DNA of 64,000 bases. Origin: Kudoa neothunni (lineage: Eukaryota > Animalia > Cnidaria). Below the pieces are notes generated by a model that was not told the DNA's origin, searched no databases, and worked only from the letters and a program-made list of their open reading frames with translations. Within the stretch, counting starts at the first letter, position 1. Each line of letters starts with the position of its first letter. The stretch is from positions 10,425,220-10,489,219 of the forward strand of contig OZ199840.1 of NCBI GenBank assembly GCA_964304625.1. The letters run 5' to 3'. A program made the translations under genes and the position numbers. Below are positions 54,559-64,000 of this stretch, one piece after another.

Positions 54559-55948
54559 GGTGGCGCTATATTCACCAAATCTTGGTGGATATAGGTAATA
54601 TGAAATACTTTGATTTTGTATTCTCTAAAATCCAGGATCTATTAATTTATTATTTTATCATTATCATTTCTATGGAGGGAAAGTTTCAACAACTCCGGCT
54701 GTGGAATTTCTCGTTGATCGATGTTAACAAATTTTGGTATATTTTTTGGGTCGATTTCCTCATTTAAATCTGTTTATTTGGCTATATAATTGTCAATTCT
54801 TTTTCTTTTCTGCCCATAATAGAAAGAAAAATAATCGACAAATCGTCTCGATTTTAATCGTAAATTACAGCCTCTACTTATAATATAATAATTTTTAATT
54901 AATTTGGCTATATAATTAAATTTTTTGATACATACTCTCAATGTTGGTCAATGTGTGTATTTGTATCGAATTTATTTGAGTAATTTTATATGAGCCTTCG
55001 ATTGATTGAGTTACGCGTTTGATTTAAATAAATAAAATAATATTTATTTAGTTAACTAAGTAATAACTATATATTTTTATTAGGATATAATATATTCTAA
55101 TCCGTCTCTATGGAAAAAAAAGATAAATCTCAGAAAATATGCTTGTGCATAATACATTTTTCTCTTATAATAACTTGATTGTAAAACTTTAAGTAATGCG
55201 AAAATTAATACATTGCCTATACCAATAGTGATATCGCATAACCGGGAAATGAAGATTATCTATTTTTTTTGGTTGATTAATCCCTAGAAATAAGGTTGAT
55301 GTGATTACTAATGAATAAATTTAAAGATTATAAAAGTTAGACCAATTTTTGACATAATTTATAATAATTAAGTGACTTAATATAATTTGGTGATGTATAG
55401 AATCTTTCATTAAACATAATAATTGGGTCTCTATTAATACATTTGAAAATATGGAGCTTGAAATATTTCAGGAGAATTAAAGATATTAAATTTATTAAAA
55501 ACTTTACAAATATTACAGATAAACATTTTAAATAACAAATATATGGACTGCTTATGTATAACTCGAAGTAAAGCTTAGGAAGCGAGTGGGTTTACTTATA
55601 AAATTATATATTCGAAATGTTAACTGATCTCAGCGAACAAAATAACCACAATATCGAATATTAAATTGCAATTAAAAATAAAGAATTAGGTGATTTCTAC
55701 AATATAAGATATTCAAGTGTTATGGCAGGTACATTAAATTTTAAACGTGCACTAACTCATACCACTTATTTTCTACTTAAAAATGCCAAAAATTCAACAC
55801 TACAAACATTTAATTTATTATAAAAACTTAGTTATTCATATGTAAATATAACAAAAATAAAACACGCGTACACATTTATATAATAAAAGATAATCTAGCG
55901 CCAAAATAGAAACATATAAAATTTACAAATCTAACAATCAAAAAGAGT

Positions 55949-58490
55949 CTATTGTTTTCTATATATAGCTTGGATCCAATTACGATACATTTTTATCTTT
56001 TTTTTTCGATTAACAATGAGCCGTTTATCCTCTTGGTTTTGGATTTTTACGAGGCCATGTTTGGTGAATAGATTGTCTAAGAATTCTAGAAAATCGTTTA
56101 AATATATCATACAACTAGGCAAAAATTATTAGCTACCTTTGGTGAAAAAATGAGTAAGAGTGCCATCATTTCGTCGGTAGAGATTCTCTTGTAGGAAGTT
56201 GGAAGCTTTAAAACGAAGCTGAGTGAGATCGTATAATCCGAAATCACGAAACAATATCATTCCAGTAGATTTTTTCAAATACTACCATCCACCAATTTCA
56301 ATATCATAAACAGTTTATTATTAGTGTGTGTTACTTTGGTAAGATTTTCTACCACAGAATCCAATCTAAGAAAACAAAAATAAATACACTCTCACATAAT
56401 CATAATTAAAGCTAGAATTATAACGAGGAAAAATTACTTTTGGGGTGGGATAGCAGACATCACAAATATTGCAATTATAAAATCGAGACTATTTTCAGGG
56501 AAGGGAAATGTCGTATTGACGTCGGTAATATCACACACAAAGGGATGTAACACATCAACAGAGTATCTTTGATTATCCTATCACATCAAAAGCTTTTGTA
56601 ATTACATTTGACGCGTTCACATCCACAATAATTATTATATTCGTTCTCAATTTTTAACCTGAAGTTATCATATGTCTTAAAAATGCATATTTTTGATTTT
56701 TCTAATCTATATAGAGACTCTACATATATTAAATAAAATAACTTTAGAAAAACTTAAAATAACAAAATCAATTAGATTTAAATATTTAAAAAAAATAATT
56801 CTTGCGTATGAAAATGTTTAATTTAATTATCATATTATTTTTATAAATTTCCATTCAAAAAAATAGTACGATTATTTAAAGTGGTTCCATTATCTCAAAA
56901 ATTAATCATAAATTCATATTAAATAAGTGCACGCAGTTTCTATACTAAAATTATTCTTTTAATAATGAAGACTCAAGTTCATATTAATATTTCTTTCAAA
57001 TTAACATCATTTATTATATACGTATAATATCTACAGATTACAGACAATACATTATTTACACTTTTCTATATTTAATTTTTTCTCTTAAGGCACAAAGTTA
57101 ATTTGTAATCTATAGATAATTAAGTGAAGCCGAAATCACACCAAAATTGACATTTTTAAATACAAAAAAATATATTTATTAATTAAATGTTTAGGTAATT
57201 TCGAATTTATTCCAGAAGTTCGCGCAAGCGCATTCCTTATTTTAATAAACACCAAAATTTATTCAGCTATAAAAACAAAAATCATCAATATTTAATTGGA
57301 TATATTTTAATATCCGAAGATTAAGTGAAAAATATACTACACTCCAATATTCATGATAAAATCGAAAAATTTAATTTTCTCATTATAATAATAATAATTA
57401 TTATTATTATTATTGAATCTTAATCATATTTTTAACATAAACTAAAATATATTTTGTCATTAATAAATAAATTTAGGCCGAAAAATCACCCAGGCTCCAA
57501 CTATAGCAATAATGACTAAACTAATAATAAAAACATATTTATATGGATATATATTATAACTATCGTTCTTATATTTTAATTTCAATCACTCAATTTTATA
57601 AAAGTGGTTAATACCTATCACTTTTTATTATATCTTTACCAACAAATTTTACACACGTGCATATAGTGCATATAACAAGATCGAGAAACTCTTCAAACTT
57701 AAAGTTCTAATTTTAACATCAATAAAAAAATTTTCAAATTTAAATTAAAATGCCAAAAGCACAAATTTTAAAGAAAGTACTTTAATTATTTGAATAGCAT
57801 TTTTCGAAAAATCGCAACAATAATATTTTAATCTAAACAACACAAATTTCACATGGAAATTAAATAAGAGCGTACTTATTTGAATAGTTTTCGAGCAGAG
57901 GAAAGACCACATTTCCCACTCCACATCCTACCTATTTATTCTGCGATTTGATAAAAATTAATCTACCTACTAAAATACCTCTAAAATTTGACATACTCCT
58001 GGTTGGCTCGTAAGCGCTTCGTTAAGCGGGTAGAATTCATTAAGTAACCAGTTTTTGTCTTTAAAAAATCTAAAATAACCACATCAAAAATTAAAAATTA
58101 AAGATTAAATGAAAAATTAAAAAATCAAAATATAAAATATTGACAATACTTGTTTTTGTGTCTCTCGTAGAATTCATCCCAAGGTTGGTGTAAATTTGAC
58201 AAATCACCTACACACCTCATCAATATCAGAAAAAAACGGAAATTTGGTAGCCATATTGAATATTAATTACATTCATTATTTTGCCCTGAAAAATTTTTGA
58301 CTTGATCAGCCGCATACACAACATACTCATCAGTCCATTCAACATCATCCCTACCAAATTAACACACCATTGATCGCTTATCAATGTCTATATTTCCTGC
58401 GTACCATGCATTATTATCCCATACATCTTCTTCATTAGTTAGATATCTCGATCGTTTTTTTAAACCACTATCAAAATCGTTGGGTTTCAT
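55949..58490 (-). CDS. METTL2: tRNA m3C32 methyltransferase (METTL2/Trm140 family)
   Basis: [109 protein letters not shown]. Confidence 0.88.
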
Positions 58491-58595
58491 AGTAGATTCA
58501 AAATTATATGCCAATTTTATGACCACCCTATTCAATTAACGATCGCTGCTATTCGGCCATAGTCGACATTATTTTTATAGTACCCTTTGGTAAAG
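58491..58595. promoter_or_regulatory. Putative compact bidirectional promoter (METTL2/SLU7)
   Basis: Only 105 bp separate the two divergent ATGs. Confidence 0.6.
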
Positions 58596-61500
58596 ATGGA
58601 GGGAGAAAAAAAACTTACCAAAATCGATCGCAAAAAAGAAAAAGAATTAGATGAGGCCAGAAAGGCTGGAACTGCTCCGCCTGAGGTGGACGAAGAAGGA
58701 AGGTATTTTTCGTGATGACTCCACTAAAAATCCACTTCGACAATATTTAATGTCATCATTTTAATTCTCAACTAGAGATATTAACCCCCATATACCACAG
58801 TATATTAAAACAGTTCCGTGGTATTTTGGCAAAAATGAACCAACATTGAAACATCAACGCCCACAGGATGAAAAACAAATTGAATTTGCTGGTGTAAATG
58901 AGACCTATATACGTGGAAAGCCAGCAGTAGTTCATTGATTGATTTCTACTGATAGAGTGTTATCGTTGCTAGGGTCCAGCTTCATTAAAATACAAAGCAG
59001 GAGCGTGTGAAAATTGTGGAGCAACCACACACAAAAAGAAGGATTGTTTAGAGGTAATCGTGTAATAATTGTATTAGGATTTTTGTTATTTGATTTTAGC
59101 GTCCTAGGAAAATAGGAGCCAAATTCACCAACAGCGATATCCAACCCGACGACTATGCTCAGGTATTTGTTTCTATCGTGTACAAATCATATTAAATGAT
59201 GATTATTCAAAAATCTTCTAGCCCACTCTAACCTTCAGTTATGATGGAAAAAGAGATCAGTATTAAATATGATTTGATCCAAAATATGTATAGATTTTAT
59301 TTAGTTGGGCCTATTATGATACAGAACAACACTCTAAGGTTGTGGAAGAATTTGCTAGAGTTGAAAAAGTGAGTTGTCTGATTATTGAGAATACATTGTT
59401 GAGTTATTCTCTGTTTGGAATAAATAGATGAAACGACAGTTGAAAGCCGACAAAATTGAAGGAGAACTCAAAGAGGGAATAGTTAACAGTGAAATAAGCA
59501 AAAATGTAATTGCTTATTCGTTTGATTTTTGGAATAGTTGATTTTATAAGATTGAGAACGACGAATTTCTCGCTCCTGATGACGATAAATACAGCGCTGA
59601 GGCGAGTATGCCCGGCCAAAAGTTCGATCCCAAACAGTATTAATCAATTTTCTCATTTTTGTATATTGACTGATAATTTATAAAATACATTATTTAGACG
59701 TCTTACAGTTCGAAACCTCAGAATTAGAGAAGATACTGCCAAAGTTTGGTTTTCTAATTGTCTAACTTTATGATCAACCTTGGTTATAGTACCTATACAA
59801 CTTGGACATCGAATCTGCATTCTATGATCCCAAAAGTCGATCTATGCGAGAAAATCCGTTAGAGAATAGCGATAAAGCTAAATTGTATGCTTTTATTTTA
59901 GTTTTTTATTAAGTGGTTATTTACTGGGTGTACTTTTGAATTATTGATGGTTGTTTAATTATCAATAATTATTTCTAATAGACTTTGAAATACACACAAT
60001 ATGTGGGATTTATGTTTAAATTTTTAATTATTAACATTACACTTGCATTATTTTGATTTTAGATTAAATTTATGCCAGCTAATTCAGCAACTATTAGTTT
60101 TTCTAATTGAAATTTATTAATTGATTAGATTTAAATAATTAATAAATTTATTATTGTATTATTGTGTTTGTTTTTTTTCGTATAATATATACGTATTTTA
60201 GGATCGAATTCAAAGGTGAGAACGAACGTATTAACGTCGAAGATGTGAGAAAAGTTTCTCAAGCTCAATGTACTTAGATCAGATAATTTTCGTATTATTT
60301 TGGGGAGTTAAATAATAATTTAATTTTTAGTGTTTTCATGGCAGGCGTCCGAAGCTGGTGTTGATGTGCATTTGCAAGCTGATCCGACGAAAGCTGAGCT
60401 TCTACTTCGTCAGTACCAAACCAACGCGTCTAACCAAAATGAAACCACTCAGAGCAAACTATTAGATCAGGTAATTTTGTCGATTGTGAGTGTTTTTTAA
60501 CAATCCATCGTTGTTAGTATGGGGGAGAGGAACATTTACACGCTCCGCCAAAAGAACTACTCTTCGCTCAAACGGTATATATTAATTATTTTATATTGGA
60601 AAAGGGATTATTAACAAAATAAGATTAATCCAATAAAGTTCATTTGTCGTTGTACGATTTATTTTGAATCCGGTTACTTTCCATATTTTTTTCTCTATAC
60701 GTTATTGGGGATTAGTTATATGTTAATTTGCATGGAATATATAATGGTCGTTTTAAATTTTTTGATTTTATACACATTCCTTCATTCGTCTTTCTCTCGC
60801 ATTCATTTCTCATCTATTTCTTAATGGACTATTGAGTGAAGTAATGATTGTTGCTATTGTTTCAGGTACATGCGATTTTAATCATCGAGCGAACTTACAC
60901 TATACGCAATAATGGTTTTATTGATCGCCCCTACTTATATTTTAGAATATACTATAGTTAATCCCATTAATTTCCAACAAATCTGTGTGAGTTAATAAAG
61001 GGAAAAATATGGTCAACATTAAATGTTGAGGATTATAATTCTTTGAGCCAATTTTTATTAAAAATGGCTATTGGCATGGTAAATAATATTCATGTTTCGC
61101 TAGTTTTTACTATATTTAATTATTTCGTGATCTTAAAAACGAGGCGCTAAATTAGAAATAATTTAATATAGCAGATTTTAATACATTAAATTTGTATATA
61201 TTGTAAGTAAAGTTGCTGATATTAGAAAATGTCATCGTGTGCATGTCACCTAGGATTAAATTAAACATGCTAATAGTGTTTTGCATTTTTATTATTTTCT
61301 AATGAATTTACTTCATCAGGAATTCTCGGCGTCATTCTAATTTCGCATTAAATGATGAATGCTGCATAATTTCTGAAGTTCCAATAATAAGTTTAATTGA
61401 TAAAATATTTTTATTATTAAAAAATGTTGAGTATTACAATAAATTTGTTTTATTATTCGTGTAGATTTTTACTTTTAATTTATTACAGTTAATCTATAAG

Positions 61501-63413
61501 AAAATATAAATCAATGTATTGTTGTCGACAAGTTTTTAAATCATTTTTGTATTGAATAATTTTTGAGTTTTTTAAATCAATTAAAGTCTTTTGAATCAAA
61601 TTTTTTAATCTTAAAGTATATTAATAACATTCTAATAAAATTAGGCTAGAAATATTCTATTCAAAAATATAGGATTGACTTACTAACGTTATCTCGCATA
61701 CGAATGTGACTGACTATTGAACGTTTCAAATTTCGCCAGAAGTACTCATAAATATTGTTTGCATTTGTGCGCAGACAATATTTGGAATTTCAATTAAGAA
61801 TTGAATAAAACATGCTCTAAATAATTAGATATAATTTATTTTTAATTTAAACACAGGTTGGAAATGTATTATATATTAATTGAGCAGGGCAAAAATTATA
61901 TGAATATTTTTATTGATTACTATAAAAAATATTTAATTTTTTAATAATTAATCTTCATCGTATTGAATGCAATTATAAATGTTTAATCATGTGACTTATT
62001 TATTAAGTAGGTTTTCTTTCACTTTTTCGTACGTTAGAAGTGTAATGATAGAGAAAAATTAAATCTTTATTAAATTTTGACTGAATCTAAATTTGCATTA
62101 AGCTCTCTAGTTGTTATTTTTCAGGAGCGAAATTTATCTAATAATACGAAATATTAGATAATTCTATGTAAATCTGAAAATATTTCAACTTAATTATTAT
62201 AATAATTCATGGAATTTTATAATATAAAATGTATACATATTATGTGCAGCTTGACGATTTTTCTTAAAATTAATTTAATCTTTAATACCACTTCTTTATA
62301 TAATAAGACAAATTGTGATTTTTATATTTCAAATAAACTCCCAAGCTTTTTTCATTGTAAAAGTAATACCAAGTTTTTTGGGGAATTAGATCCATTTCGA
62401 AAGTGGGACAGGGTATTTTTCCCTGTACAATAAAGAAATAATCCGAAAATAAGCACTAAAAAACAATATGAAATCGAAAAATATTGTTGACGAAACACAA
62501 TATTATTAAAATAAGTTTCATAGTTTAATTGTTGTATTATTGATATGTAGATTTAAATGTTTTTTTGCATGCGAATATGACTTCTGAGAATCAATAAATT
62601 ATCAAAATAAATCATCTCTGTGTAATCATTTGTTCACAATATTAAATAATGTAGGGTGAGATTAACGTCGAAACCCAATAATTGCATTTTTATTGTTGTA
62701 TTATCGTAGTTAATAAAAAATATTCAAATTAAGTAACATAAAATTAAAATCTAAGGGATTAAGAGTTTATGTGTTGTTTGTAATTTGTTTAATTAAATGT
62801 TTTTATTTAGGAAGAATATGTCGAATACTCGAAAACTGGTCAGCTGATTAAAGGCCAAGAAAAAGCCTCTATCAAGTCAAAATACGAAGAGGACATATTC
62901 CACAATAATCACACTGTTAGTTGTTGTTTTTTATTAAGTGTTCAGATCATCGGCGCATATTTAGAGTGTGTGGGGCTCCTACTGGAACAACTTTCAATGG
63001 GGATATGCATGTTGTCATAGTTTTCTAAAAAATAGTTATTGTGTGGGACTAAAAAAGGCCAATTCCGCATCTTTTTTCAAAGTAGCAGTTAGTTATCTAT
63101 GTTTTGTAGAATATGTGATTTCTATTCTTATTATTAGCTGCCAAAACTTGGTGAAAATGATTCCTCTTTTTCTTCTAACAAACGGCCAATCAATGATGTG
63201 CTATACAAATCAGATAGTCACATTTCATCTGGTGAAGCTAAAGCGGAGAGAAGCGAAGATGGAAAATTCATGCCAGAAATGACAATGAAAAAGTCTAAAA
63301 ACTCCAAATACAACTCCATTTATAATGAAGCCACACCGACTGAACAAGAAATGGAATCCTACTACAAAAATCGATCCAGAACAAACGATCCTCTTGAAAA
63401 CTTTAAAGATTAA
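58596..63413 (+). CDS. SLU7: Pre-mRNA splicing factor SLU7
   Basis: [30 protein letters not shown], zinc knuckle [59 protein letters not shown]...WGYACCHS, and C-terminal EQEMESYY...DPLENF. Confidence 0.96.
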
Positions 63414-63623
63414 TTATTTTTAAACTGCTGTTCTTTTATGTAAAATATTTATCTCCATCCAATTAAATGTATTTTTTACATTCTTTTACAGCATATTAAT
63501 TATATTATGTGGTATTTATTAATGAGTTAAAATTCGTTGAATTTATTGAGTTTTTGAGATATTCTAATTTTGTAGGCTAATTGGTATCAATAGTTTTTTT
63601 CAAGATAATGTGTAAGTTATTAA

Positions 63624-64000
63624 CCCTCTAATGGACCGTAAATCAACCACACTCCTCCAGTGGACTGTGGACTCTGGGGTTGAAAACTAACTCAGATTTT
63701 TATTTTGTCACTTGTTTCAAAAAAATACCGAAAGAAGAAATATTGAAAATTTAGGTGGATGTAAAAAAAGAATAAAGAGTTATAGCGCAAATAAATTCGT
63801 CGACAATCATACGAATATCACTTTCGTCAACAACCGTCGTATTAGTTTTTAATCTTGATTTCGATTTCCTATGTGTTGTTCTAATTATAGCTTTTAAAAT
63901 AAAAATATTAATATACATAATTCGTTAACCTATTTTTTGTGCAATAATTAAACCGCGTTTAATGCAAACAAGATTCACAAACATTTATCAGGTGGTTCTA
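63624..64000. mobile_element. Left end of a piggyBac-like element (same TIR as 48586)
   Basis: TTAA|CCCTCTAATG. The other end is not seen in the window. Confidence 0.55.

Noticed and set aside
53226-54578. 450-aa LTHS/LTYS-repeat ORF
   Set aside because: It is a translation of the tetranucleotide satellite, whose minus strand cannot form stop codons. There is no evidence it is coding.
57383-57413. (ATA)n(TAT)n inverted microsatellite
   Set aside because: A common low-complexity feature in AT-rich introns.
1-64000. CRISPR arrays, operons, prokaryotic defence systems
   Set aside because: The sequence is eukaryotic with spliceosomal introns. No repeat-spacer array was seen, and most short ORF-track entries are exon fragments or antisense noise.

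Overview
AT-rich eukaryotic (animal-like) genomic DNA, not prokaryotic. Genes are split by many tiny (~40-60 nt) GT-AG introns with weak splice signals plus a few kb-sized, TE-filled introns. A reduced invertebrate parasite such as a myxozoan is a plausible source, but that is inference only. Genes from left to right: mitochondrial IF2 (+), whose stop codon interlocks with that of an intronless MRPL13 (-); three tandem copies of a secreted five-domain Kunitz gene (-), one frameshifted; a Cys-rich FN3-like type I membrane protein (-); epsinR/CLINT1 (+); a BAG6-like UBL protein (+); METTL2-like tRNA m3C methyltransferase (-) head-to-head with SLU7 (+). Intergenic DNA holds decayed or nested DNA transposons (MULE, hAT inside pogo, pogo/POGK-like, piggyBac-like, MITEs), a tiny solo-LTR-like insert with a tRNA-like core, and a 1.28 kb GTAA/GTGA satellite. 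The most interesting items are the diversifying Kunitz cluster with a systematically reduced disulfide pattern, the FN3-like surface protein, the shared-stop mitochondrial gene pair and the satellite made of splice-donor motifs. All exon structures were read by eye and need RNA confirmation.
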